Shown here piece by piece: positions 26,745 through 35,611 of a stretch of DNA of 64,000 nucleotides (position 1 is its first letter; the number at the start of each line of letters is the position of its first letter). The stretch covers positions 1 to 64,000 of the forward strand of contig JBBRLQ010000004.1 in NCBI GenBank assembly GCA_038231275.1. The letters are read 5' to 3'. A program made the position numbers and the translations under genes. The notes below the pieces were generated by a model, which was not told the origin of the DNA, made no database searches, and saw only the letters and a program-made list of their open reading frames with translations. The DNA is from Polyangiales bacterium. GTDB lineage: Bacteria > Myxococcota_A > Polyangia > Polyangiales > Polyangiaceae.

Positions 26745-29700
26745 CTACAAGCCCTGAAGGCTCTTGGCCGGGTTCGTGAGGCCGTTCTTGCCGAGGCGCG
26801 ACAGGGCAAGGACGTCCACGTTCGTCGACGTGTTGAAGAGCGGCACGGTGGAGTGGAAGCCGTCCCAGCTCATGATCTCGACGTCGAAGAGCGTGAAGAA
26901 GAGGAGCTCCGCGTAGACCGACAAGCTCCCGTCGAGCGTGTGAAAGTCCATGTTGAGCGTCGAGTTGATGTTCAGGTTCTTGGGATCGAGCCGGATGCTG
27001 TTCGTCGTAGGCAGACCCAGCCCGAGGAGCGTCAGGTTCACGTCCACGCCGATGCCCGCGAGGCCCGCGATGCTGGCGTACGCGTCGATGATTCCGTCGA
27101 GCTCCGCTTGCGGAGTGAGGGACGAATCGAGGCCGATCGTGGCCTGCCCCTTCTTGGCCGGCCAGGGATACCCGCCTCCTGTGACCTTCGTGCCCTCGTG
27201 GCAGACGTTCTGGTGGCCGGGCGTGGCCTTCATGTCGACGGCGTACGAGTAGCCGACGCCGACCGACATCTCGAGGGTGACGAACGCGATCTGGAACGGG
27301 ATCGTGAAGAGGTTCCACGAGTTCGCGCCCGACGCGAACGGCACGGACTGCGTGGCGTTGAGCGCGATCTTCAGGTCTTCCGCGACGATGGTGTCACCGG
27401 CGACGACGAAGTGCGCGTCGAACGCCGCGTCGTGGAGGTAGGTGTCGACGATCGGATCGGCGCCGGGGACCGGCGCGTGCGGATAGTAATCGTGCACTCC
27501 GGCGACGATGTCGGCGGCGAGGATGTCGAACTTGTCGGAGCCGAACGCGAACGCGTACGCCTCGAAGCCGCCGTGCGCGCCGATCCCGAAGTCGCACACC
27601 TCGGTGTGCTGGTCCTTCTCGACCTGCTCCCAGCGCACCGGGATCTCCCAGCCGATGTCGTATGAGTAGCCGACGCCGAAGAGATCGTTGCCCCACACCT
27701 CGGCGTTGTGCCTGTCCTCGCCGAACGTGGCGAACGAGTCGCCGGTGTCCGGCGGCATCATCCCCGGCGAGCCCGCCCATGCGGTGGGCTTGGGGTGCTC
27801 CTTCGACCACTCTCCGCCCTGCTCGAGGACGGGGACGTCCGATATCTTGTTGTAGAGCGACTGCACCTCGGTCTTGATCTCGCCGAGCATCACGAGCTCG
27901 CCGCTCTTCTGATCCGAGTACTTCTTCATGCCCGAAATGACCGGCTCCCACGCCTTGCACGCCTTGTAGTCGGCCTCGCGCTGCGCGTGCTGCACGTTGT
28001 CGATCTGGTTTTTGACCATATCGCGCACCCCGTGGACGAACGTGGCCGGATCCCAGTCGCACGCCGCGTCGCCCGCAAAGCAGCCCGTCGCCATCGGCGC
28101 CGGGTTCGTGTCGGTCGGCGCGAGGATCTTGGGGGAGTCGGCGCGCGCCCACTCGTCGAGCACGGCGTTGACGAGGTTGCACGCCGCCATCGTCACGTCG
28201 GCCTGCGTCGAGAGACTCGGGGCATGGTTGATCGCCGGCCCGGCGATCGGCGTCATCGGAAGTCCCTTTCCTGCCCCCGCGTACGAGCCGTCCTGCCGCG
28301 CCGAGAAGCCGGCCACGAGCTTGTCGGGCGCGCTGCACAGGAGGCGTGGGTATTTGTAGGCCGGGTCCATCGGCGGCGGCTTGCCTCCCTTGCCCCACGC
28401 GCGGATGTCCAGATCGGTGGGCTTCACCGGTACCAGCGAGAGCATCTGCGCGGGCTTGATCGTGGGCGTTGCGCCCGTGACGGTCGGCTTCGCTTGGACC
28501 GCCGGCTGCACGAGGGTTCGCGTCACGCCGAAGCCGGTCATCGCCGACGACGCGCTCTTCAAGTCGGCGTCACCCGGCGCGCCGGCGATCTTGAAGTGGA
28601 TCTGGTTCTGCGGGAGCGCCCAGTAGAGCGTGTTGAACGTGTCGCTGCGCTGCTTCAGGAAGTTCTTCCGCTTCTCGAAGTCACGGATCGCCCGAACGGG
28701 GCGGCTCTTGACGGCGTTGTGCATCGCGCGCTCGTAGGACCACTCGTCGGGGAAGCCGGTGACGCCCGGCGCAGGGACCTTCTTGGCCGGAAAGTACTTG
28801 CCGACGTAGTAGCCGGGCTTCTTCGCCTCGGCCGCGAGCCGCACGACGCTCGCGTACTTGGCGGGATCGGAGACGAACGCCTGCATGACGAGCGGAGTGA
28901 CGATTGCGGCCGCGTCGTAGTACGAGTTCTTCGTCATGTAGTAGCCGACCGACGAGTCCGTGCTGAAGATCAAGCGGTCGTCGCCCTTGTCGTTGACCTG
29001 CGAAGTCGCCGTGCCGCCGCCGGAGATCGGCCCGAAGTAGCTCGGCTTGACGAACGCGATCGGGGGGATGGATCCGGCCATCTCACAGAGACGCAGATCG
29101 TCGGGGCTGACCGGCGTCTTCTTGCAGTCCGGCGGCTGACCGTGGTCGAAGGCCTCGAAGAGCTTCTTCAAGACATCGCGCTTCGAGGGATCGACGTCGG
29201 AGCCGGTGAGGCCTCGGCCGGCGACACCCACGTCGCGATCGAGCGCGATCGCCGCCTTGCATGAGATGTCGCCGCGGCAGGCGGCCATGTGGTCTTCGAA
29301 CGACTCGACGTCGTAGAAGCGGTTGTAAACGAAGTCCTCGCAGTCACCGAGCTTGGGCGGCGTCGCGTGGAGCGGGCGGTGGTACACCTTTGCGCACGCG
29401 ATGAGATCGTCGCCGGTCTTGTTCGTGCACGCGCTGTAGGCCGCCATCGCGTGCGCGTACGTCTCCTGCGCGGCCCAGATGTTCTGCTTCGACTTGGGGA
29501 TCGCCTTCGGGGGCCCGATCTTCTTGGCCGGGTAAAAATGCTGCGAGCGCGCACCGAGCGGTTGCTGCGCCATCTGGGCGACGAGCGGCGGCGCGCCGAC
29601 GTTTTTCACGGGCACGTTGGCGATCGTGGTCGCAAGCGGCTTGGCGGCGACGGCGGGCTGAGTGCCTTGCAGCCAATCGGTGCGAAGCCCGTAGTTCGAG

Positions 29701-30065
29701 ACGTGGGCGCTGTTCTTACCCTGGTCGGACGAGTACACGCCCTTCGTCGGCGACGGGACGCGCTCCATGTTCGCCGCCGCCGTGTGCGGCTGGCGTGACG
29801 CGTTGAAGGCGGCGGTGTTGACGCAGGCGCAGTGCTCCGCCCACACCTCGGCGCAGCCCGGGTTCTTGGTCGACGAGTACGCCCCGCCGCCATGCGCGCA
29901 TTCCGTGTCCGACGGCGCTGGACACCCGGCCGGCGCCGGCTTGCTAGGGCCGGGCGGGCACGTCGCGGCGGTCGCATCGTGCAGCGAGAAGACCGAGAAG
30001 CCTGCCAGCGCGAAGGAGGTGAACAGCGCGGAACGAACGCTCTTGAGCCGACGAGGTTTGACCAT
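26745..30065 (-). CDS. Large secreted Cys-rich protein (1106 aa) with C-terminal amphipathic beta-sheet region
   Basis: Signal peptide ..HDATAA; about 20 Cys; GCF...CDWDP motif; last ~320 aa are alternating hydrophobic beta-strands. Confidence 0.85.
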   Translation of the reverse strand: MVKPRRLKSVRSALFTSFALAGFSVFSLHDATAATCPPGPSKPAPAGCPAPSDTECAHGGGAYSSTKNPGCAEVWAEHCACVNTAAFNASRQPHTAAANMERVPSPTKGVYSSDQGKNSAHVSNYGLRTDWLQGTQPAVAAKPLATTIANVPVKNVGAPPLVAQMAQQPLGARSQHFYPAKKIGPPKAIPKSKQNIWAAQETYAHAMAAYSACTNKTGDDLIACAKVYHRPLHATPPKLGDCEDFVYNRFYDVESFEDHMAACRGDISCKAAIALDRDVGVAGRGLTGSDVDPSKRDVLKKLFEAFDHGQPPDCKKTPVSPDDLRLCEMAGSIPPIAFVKPSYFGPISGGGTATSQVNDKGDDRLIFSTDSSVGYYMTKNSYYDAAAIVTPLVMQAFVSDPAKYASVVRLAAEAKKPGYYVGKYFPAKKVPAPGVTGFPDEWSYERAMHNAVKSRPVRAIRDFEKRKNFLKQRSDTFNTLYWALPQNQIHFKIAGAPGDADLKSASSAMTGFGVTRTLVQPAVQAKPTVTGATPTIKPAQMLSLVPVKPTDLDIRAWGKGGKPPPMDPAYKYPRLLCSAPDKLVAGFSARQDGSYAGAGKGLPMTPIAGPAINHAPSLSTQADVTMAACNLVNAVLDEWARADSPKILAPTDTNPAPMATGCFAGDAACDWDPATFVHGVRDMVKNQIDNVQHAQREADYKACKAWEPVISGMKKYSDQKSGELVMLGEIKTEVQSLYNKISDVPVLEQGGEWSKEHPKPTAWAGSPGMMPPDTGDSFATFGEDRHNAEVWGNDLFGVGYSYDIGWEIPVRWEQVEKDQHTEVCDFGIGAHGGFEAYAFAFGSDKFDILAADIVAGVHDYYPHAPVPGADPIVDTYLHDAAFDAHFVVAGDTIVAEDLKIALNATQSVPFASGANSWNLFTIPFQIAFVTLEMSVGVGYSYAVDMKATPGHQNVCHEGTKVTGGGYPWPAKKGQATIGLDSSLTPQAELDGIIDAYASIAGLAGIGVDVNLTLLGLGLPTTNSIRLDPKNLNINSTLNMDFHTLDGSLSVYAELLFFTLFDVEIMSWDGFHSTVPLFNTSTNVDVLALSRLGKNGLTNPAKSLQGL

Positions 30066-30095
30066 GTTTCATCTCTGTCACGGACCGGCCGCCTC

Positions 30096-30127
30096 TTCAT
30101 TGAACAGACGTTGAACTTTCGACGAAC
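30096..30127 (-). promoter_or_regulatory. Triple 11-bp-period direct repeat operator, copy 2
   Basis: Minus strand GTTCG-tcgaaa-GTTCA-acgtct-GTTCA-atgaa, 30 nt upstream of ATG 30065. Confidence 0.75.
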
Positions 30128-30175
30128 GCCGACGCGATCCCCATGGTGTCGCGCGTTTGGCGTAAGGTTCCTTTC

Positions 30176-33127
30176 ATGAAGAGGCCCACGGCCCTCGCGA
30201 TCGCGCTCTCGTGCGGCGCGATCGCGTCGCACGCGCGATCGGCGCCGAAGACGTCGCCGGAGCTTGCGCCTCTGGCGATACGGGACACCGAGCGGGCCGG
30301 CCTCGATCGTGATGCGCGCGAGGCGGCGACCGACGTGCGCGTCGCGTTTTCCCCGGCGGGGCGCGTGGGGGCGTGGCTGGTGGTGGGGCCGTACCGATCG
30401 GCGACGTTCGCGGACAAGCCCAAGCCGCCCGGCGCGGACGCTCTTCAGAAAGCGCCTCCGGGTGTCGACGAAGCGGCGTTGTCGCCCCAGTTGGGCGCGC
30501 CGTTCGGGCCGGCGCCGGTCGGCAAACCAGGGCAAAAGACCGAGCCACCGAAATGGCTGCTCGCGTCGAGCGGCGAAGGGGCGATCGATCTTCAGGCGGC
30601 GCTGAAGCCGACGGAGAACGACGTCGTCGCCTACGCGGCCGGGACGCTGCACGTCGCGCGCGCGGGGCGTTTTTTTCTCCTCGTCGGCGCCGACGACGGG
30701 CTGCGCGTGATCGTCGACGGCAAGCCCGTCCTGACGCGAGACGAGTCGCGGCCCGAGCGTGACGACGACGATGTCGTACCGCTCGATCTCACGATGGGCG
30801 ACCACGCGGTGGTGTTGAAGCTTCACCAGCGCGACGCGGCGTGGTCGCTCCACGTGCGGCTCGTAGACGAGAGGCTTGCGCCGCCGCTCGGCGCGTACCT
30901 CGGGCTGCCTGGGACGTCGGCGAACGACGCGCGCGAGCTGGCGACGAAGATGTCGTGGGTCTCGCTCGATCGCGGCCCGACGCCGAGCGGGCATCGGCCG
31001 CGCCTCACCGTGCGCTTTCCAGAGGGAGCGCCGCGCGGCGTGCCGCTGCGCGTGACGGCGAAGCTGCCCGGCGTGTTCGACGTCGACGCCGGCGAAGTGC
31101 CGCTCGACGGGGCCGGCGTCGGTGACCTTTCGATCGCGCTCCCTCGCGTGGAGGACGGCGCGCCCGATGGCACCTACGAGATCGGCGTCGCCGGTCGCGT
31201 GGTCAAGCTCCCTTTCCGTTCGAGCCGCGCGCTAAGGAGCGCGCTTGCCGCGGCCGAGGCGGCGCCGCTCGACAAGGACGACAGCGTGGCGTGGCTCAAG
31301 GAGCGACTCGTCCAGCTCGCGACGCGCGGCGACGGCGATCTCGAGGCGCAGTCCGCCGAGGCGCAGGAGCTCCAGACCGCCGCGACCTCCCTCACCCAGG
31401 GCGCCGATCCCTACGCGACCCGCACCGGCCCGATGCGCCGCGCGTACCGTTCCCCGATCGACGGCGAGCTCCAGGAGCTCGGTCTTTACGTCCCTCCGTC
31501 GTACCGGCCCGGCACCAAGCGCCGATGGCCGCTCGTGGTCTCGCTCCACGGCCTGAACGGAAAGCCGATGGCGATGCTTCGCTGGACCTTCGGCGGCGAC
31601 GATCCGAAAAAAGATCAGGAGTGGGAGGATCGTCACGTCGGCCCGCTGCCGAGCTTCGACGCGTTCGTCGTCACGCCGAACGGCCACGGCAACACGATGT
31701 ACCGCGACATGGGCGAGGACGACGTGATGCGCGCGCTCGACTGGGTGACGGCGCGGTACCCGATCGATCCGTCGCGCGTGACGGTCACCGGTCCGTCGAT
31801 GGGCGGCATCGGCAGCGCCGCCGTCGCGTTTCGCTACCCCGATCGCTTCGCCGCCGCCGCGCCGCTCTGCGGCTACCACAGCTATTTCGTGCGGCGCGAT
31901 TTCGTGAGCCGCCCCGTGCGTCCGTGGGAGCGCTTCCTCGCGGAGGAGCGCTCCAACGTCTTCTGGGCGGACAACGGCTACGCGACGCCGCTCTTCATCG
32001 TCCACGGGACGATGGATCTCCCTGAGGCGAACAGCGGCGTCCTCATCGACAAGTACGAGAAGCTTCATTTCCCGGTGGTCCATGAGCACCCGGCCCTCGG
32101 CCACAACGTGTGGCAGCCGACGTACGAGGCGCTGAAGGGCCTCAAGTGGCTCGTCCCACATCGGCGCGATCTGCATCCCCGCCACGTCGCCTTCCGTACG
32201 ATGCGCCTGCGCAGCGCGAAGAACGCGTGGGTCCGCGTCGGCGAGCTCGCGCGGCCCGACGCGTGGGGAGAGGTCACCGCCGACGTTCGAAGCAAGACGC
32301 GCATCGACGCGCACACGCGCGGCGTCACCGAGGTGACGTTCACGCGCGACGACAAGCTCGTCGACCCGGTCTCGCCGATGACCGTGTCGCTCGATGGGAC
32401 CGCGCTCGACGTCGGCGACGCGGAGCCGCTCGTCTTCCACAAAGACGACGGCGGGTGGAAGAATGGACCCGCAACGCACGATCGTCCGTGGAAGCGCGGC
32501 GACGTGACCGGTCCATTCCGCGACGTCTTCCGTTCGCCGCTCCTCTTCGTGTACGGAACCGACGATCCGGCCTTCGCGCGCGCCAACGAGGAGGTCGCGC
32601 GCGCGTTCGCGACGGTTCGCTGGGGGGTCTCCGTCCGCTTCCCGATGATGAGCGACGCCGAGTTCCTCGCGCGCGGCGAGGCCCTCGCGAACGATCGCGG
32701 CCTCTTCCTCGTGGGCAACGCGCGCTCGAACCGCGTCGTGCGCGCGCTCGAGGCCGAGCTTCCGATCCGGGTGGACGGCGACGCGATCGTGATTGGCGCG
32801 CAGCGCATCGTCGGCAAGCAGCTCGGCGCCGCGTTCGTCCGTCCGAACCCGCGCCGCCCCGATCGCTACGTCGCAATCGTCGAAGGCGTCGACGCCCTCG
32901 GGACGTGGCGCGCGCTCTCCTTGCCCGACATTTTGCCTGATTTCGTCATCTACGACGAGAGCCTCGCCCCCGCGCGCGGCCAGATGCTGCTCTCCGCAGG
33001 CTCGGTGCGCGCGGCTGGTTTCTTCGAGAACGACTGGTCGATCCCCGTGACCGTCGCCGATCCGCTCGCCACCGTCGCGCGACCGGCCGCGAAGTCGGAG
33101 AGCGACGCGACGCCGTACCTACCGTAG
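30176..33127 (+). CDS. Secreted multidomain alpha/beta hydrolase (S9/esterase-like) with PA14-like N-terminal domain
   Basis: PLVVSLHG, GPSMGG nucleophile elbow, HGTMD, GHNVW; GADDGLRVIVDG; ATG 30176 preceded by TAAGGT-N7. Confidence 0.85.
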   Translation: MKRPTALAIALSCGAIASHARSAPKTSPELAPLAIRDTERAGLDRDAREAATDVRVAFSPAGRVGAWLVVGPYRSATFADKPKPPGADALQKAPPGVDEAALSPQLGAPFGPAPVGKPGQKTEPPKWLLASSGEGAIDLQAALKPTENDVVAYAAGTLHVARAGRFFLLVGADDGLRVIVDGKPVLTRDESRPERDDDDVVPLDLTMGDHAVVLKLHQRDAAWSLHVRLVDERLAPPLGAYLGLPGTSANDARELATKMSWVSLDRGPTPSGHRPRLTVRFPEGAPRGVPLRVTAKLPGVFDVDAGEVPLDGAGVGDLSIALPRVEDGAPDGTYEIGVAGRVVKLPFRSSRALRSALAAAEAAPLDKDDSVAWLKERLVQLATRGDGDLEAQSAEAQELQTAATSLTQGADPYATRTGPMRRAYRSPIDGELQELGLYVPPSYRPGTKRRWPLVVSLHGLNGKPMAMLRWTFGGDDPKKDQEWEDRHVGPLPSFDAFVVTPNGHGNTMYRDMGEDDVMRALDWVTARYPIDPSRVTVTGPSMGGIGSAAVAFRYPDRFAAAAPLCGYHSYFVRRDFVSRPVRPWERFLAEERSNVFWADNGYATPLFIVHGTMDLPEANSGVLIDKYEKLHFPVVHEHPALGHNVWQPTYEALKGLKWLVPHRRDLHPRHVAFRTMRLRSAKNAWVRVGELARPDAWGEVTADVRSKTRIDAHTRGVTEVTFTRDDKLVDPVSPMTVSLDGTALDVGDAEPLVFHKDDGGWKNGPATHDRPWKRGDVTGPFRDVFRSPLLFVYGTDDPAFARANEEVARAFATVRWGVSVRFPMMSDAEFLARGEALANDRGLFLVGNARSNRVVRALEAELPIRVDGDAIVIGAQRIVGKQLGAAFVRPNPRRPDRYVAIVEGVDALGTWRALSLPDILPDFVIYDESLAPARGQMLLSAGSVRAAGFFENDWSIPVTVADPLATVARPAAKSESDATPYLP

Positions 33128-33203
33128 CGCTGCGCGATTTTTTCACGTCGGTTCTGCGCGCGCTCCATTGCGGGATCTCCGGCCGCGACCCACCTTGTTT
33201 AAA

Positions 33204-33638
33204 ATGGACGCTCCCCCTGCGATCGAGGTCGACACGGACGAGGTCTCGACGGTCGGCAAGTGGGCCGGATGGACAGCGATGGCGTTGTTCTCCACGGCCT
33301 TCTTGTTCGTCGCGTTCTGGTCGCTCCTGTCACTCTTCTGGCTGCCGCTCTTCGCGATCCCCGCGGCCTACTACTATTTCCGCGCCGCCCCCGCTGGCGC
33401 CGGCGTGCTGAAGGAGCAGGAGCAAGAGCAGGTTCATGAACAGGAGAGCCAACCCGACGCGACTCCGGCGCTCCCGCCGGAGTTGATCATCGTCGAGATC
33501 GATGAGCCCGACGAGGTGACCGCCAAGTACGGCCAGTCGGCCGAGGACAGCCTCGCCAGACAGATCAAGGAAGCGGCAGATCGACACGACTGGGACCGCA
33601 TCGCCCAGCTGACCGCCGCCACTCGCTCGGTCGTCTAG
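33204..33638 (+). CDS. Small membrane hypothetical protein
   Basis: Long hydrophobic hairpin followed by acidic tail; start uncertain. Confidence 0.6.
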   Translation: MDAPPAIEVDTDEVSTVGKWAGWTAMALFSTAFLFVAFWSLLSLFWLPLFAIPAAYYYFRAAPAGAGVLKEQEQEQVHEQESQPDATPALPPELIIVEIDEPDEVTAKYGQSAEDSLARQIKEAADRHDWDRIAQLTAATRSVV

Positions 33639-34648
33639 CGACCCCGACCCTTCGGCGCACGCCAATCGCTCTTTGCGGCGGGCTCTCGCTCGGCGCGGGG
33701 ACCCGTGCGCGCGCGATCGCTGCGGCCGCCCCCCGCGCGACGCGTGATTGCGGCGTCGCCACGTGCGCTCGACGCGCGGGTGTTCGCCGCGCGTGGCGTG
33801 TGATGGGCGTTGACGGACGGCGCGGGCGCAGGCGCGTGCGGTCCCTGCGGAGGCTTGCGAGCTGTCGTACGGCGAACGTGACCTTGCGGTCCCGCGGCAT
33901 CCGACGGGGCGTGCGGCGTCGAGCGCGGGACGCCGTAGGCCTTCTTCAGCGTGACCAGCTCGTCGCGCGTGAGGTGGCGCCACTGGCCGGGGCGGAGGTC
34001 GTCGGTGGTGATGCCGGCGAACGCGAGCCGCGCGAGGCGCATGACCGGGAAGCCGCTCGCCTCCCCCATGCGACGAATCTGCTGGTTTCGCCCCTCTGTG
34101 ATCGTCAGCTCGATCCAGGATTTTCCCGCTTCGTGGCGGAGGAGCTTCACCTCGGCCGGGAGCGTCATCCCGTCCTCGAGCTGGATGCCCTTCTTCCACT
34201 TCAAGATGTCGGCCGGCGACATCTGGCCCGCGACCTTGCACACGTACGTCTTCGGCACGGCGCGGCGCGGGTGCATGAGGGCATCGGCCATCTCCCCGTC
34301 GTTGGTCGCCAGGAGCGCGCCGCTGGTCGCGAAGTCGAGTCGCCCGATCGGGAAGACGCGCGTGCCCACGCCGGTGAGGAGCTCGCGGACGCTGGGGCGC
34401 CCCTCCGGATCGCTCATCGTCGAGACGACGCCGCGAGGCTTGTGGACGAGCACGTACACGAGCGTCTCCGCGACGACACGTTTGCCGTCGATCTCGATTT
34501 TGTCATTGTACGGATCGGCCTTGGCGCCGAGCTCGGTCACGAGCTTGCCGTTCACGCGCACGCGACCGGCCACGATCATCTGCTCGGCGGCGCGCCGCGA
34601 TGCGATGCCGCCGCGCGCGAGGATCTTTTGGAGACGTTCGTTGCTCAC
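33635..34648 (-). CDS. rluB: rRNA pseudouridine synthase (RsuA/RluB family)
   Basis: ERLQKILA..GIASRRAAE S4 domain; KPRG, GRLD, EGRNQQIRRM; basic tail; GTG 34648. Confidence 0.88.
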   Translation of the reverse strand: MSNERLQKILARGGIASRRAAEQMIVAGRVRVNGKLVTELGAKADPYNDKIEIDGKRVVAETLVYVLVHKPRGVVSTMSDPEGRPSVRELLTGVGTRVFPIGRLDFATSGALLATNDGEMADALMHPRRAVPKTYVCKVAGQMSPADILKWKKGIQLEDGMTLPAEVKLLRHEAGKSWIELTITEGRNQQIRRMGEASGFPVMRLARLAFAGITTDDLRPGQWRHLTRDELVTLKKAYGVPRSTPHAPSDAAGPQGHVRRTTARKPPQGPHAPAPAPSVNAHHTPRAANTRASSARGDAAITRRAGGGRSDRARTGPRAEREPAAKSDWRAPKGRGR

Positions 34649-34676
34649 GATGGTCCACTCCCTTACACTCCCGCGC

Positions 34677-35030
34677 ATGCGACGTGTGGAAAAACCTTGG
34701 GGGCACGAGCTGATCTGGGCCGAGACCGCGCGCTACGTCGGCAAAGTGCTCCACATCACCAAGGGGCAGCGGCTCTCGCGCCAGTACCACAACCTCAAGG
34801 AAGAGACGTTCCTCATCCAGTCGGGCGAGATGGACCTCGAGATCGGCCAGGGCTCCGAGCTGAAGACGATCCGCATGTTGAAGGGCGACAGCTTCCACTG
34901 CCTGCCGAAGACGATCCATCGCATGGTCGCGGTCTCCGACGTCGCCGTGGTCGAGGTGTCGACGCCCGAGCTCGACGACGTGGTCCGGCTCGAGGACGCC
35001 TACGGGCGCGAGGGCACGAGCAAGGCCTGA
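34677..35030 (+). CDS. Cupin (mannose-6-phosphate isomerase C-terminal-like)
   Basis: VEKPWG, LSRQYH..KEET, IHRM, EVSTPELDDVVRLED; TACACT-N7-ATG. Confidence 0.88.
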   Translation: MRRVEKPWGHELIWAETARYVGKVLHITKGQRLSRQYHNLKEETFLIQSGEMDLEIGQGSELKTIRMLKGDSFHCLPKTIHRMVAVSDVAVVEVSTPELDDVVRLEDAYGREGTSKA

Positions 35031-35611
35031 GCCTGACGCACGAGCTCGCGCTCGAGCGCGACGGCGTCGATTCCCATGCGTGACGCCTCGCCCATCGCGA
35101 GCGCGTCGGCCGTGCGCTCCATCGACAGGAGAAGCGCGAAGCACGCGACCCGACGCCCTTCGCCGGCGAGCGCGACGAGGCGGTCGAGCTGCGCGCGCCG
35201 ATTTCGCGTGAACGTTTTCTCGACGCGCGGCTCGCTGACGGCGAGGTGTCGCAAGTCGCGCCGGAATCCCGGCCACTCCGCGTGCACGTGGAGGACGTGA
35301 CGGATCGCTGCGCGTGCGCGGGCCTCCACATCGGCCGTCTCCTTCCACGCGTCGTCGACGCCGCGCCACACGGTCTCCACCCACCACGCGTAGACCTCGA
35401 CGAACGCCTCGGTCTTGTCGGCGAAGTGCTTGTAGAACGTGCCGGGCGCGTAGCCGGCGGCGCGCGCGATGGCGTTGCTGTCGGTCCCGAAGTAGCCGTG
35501 GTCCTCGAACGTACGCGCTGCCGCGAGGACGAGACGCGCGCGGGTCTCCTCCGGATCGCCGCGTCGCGCACGGGGGCCGAGCTTCGCGAGCGCGCGCGCC
35601 TCCGCCTTCAC
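35000..35611 (-). CDS. TetR/AcrR family regulator
   Basis: TRARLVLAA..TF..HGY..T....IARAAGYAPGTFYKHF.DK; GTGA overlap with the hydrolase stop. Confidence 0.92.
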   Translation of the reverse strand: MKAEARALAKLGPRARRGDPEETRARLVLAAARTFEDHGYFGTDSNAIARAAGYAPGTFYKHFADKTEAFVEVYAWWVETVWRGVDDAWKETADVEARARAAIRHVLHVHAEWPGFRRDLRHLAVSEPRVEKTFTRNRRAQLDRLVALAGEGRRVACFALLLSMERTADALAMGEASRMGIDAVALERELVRQAQALLVPSRP

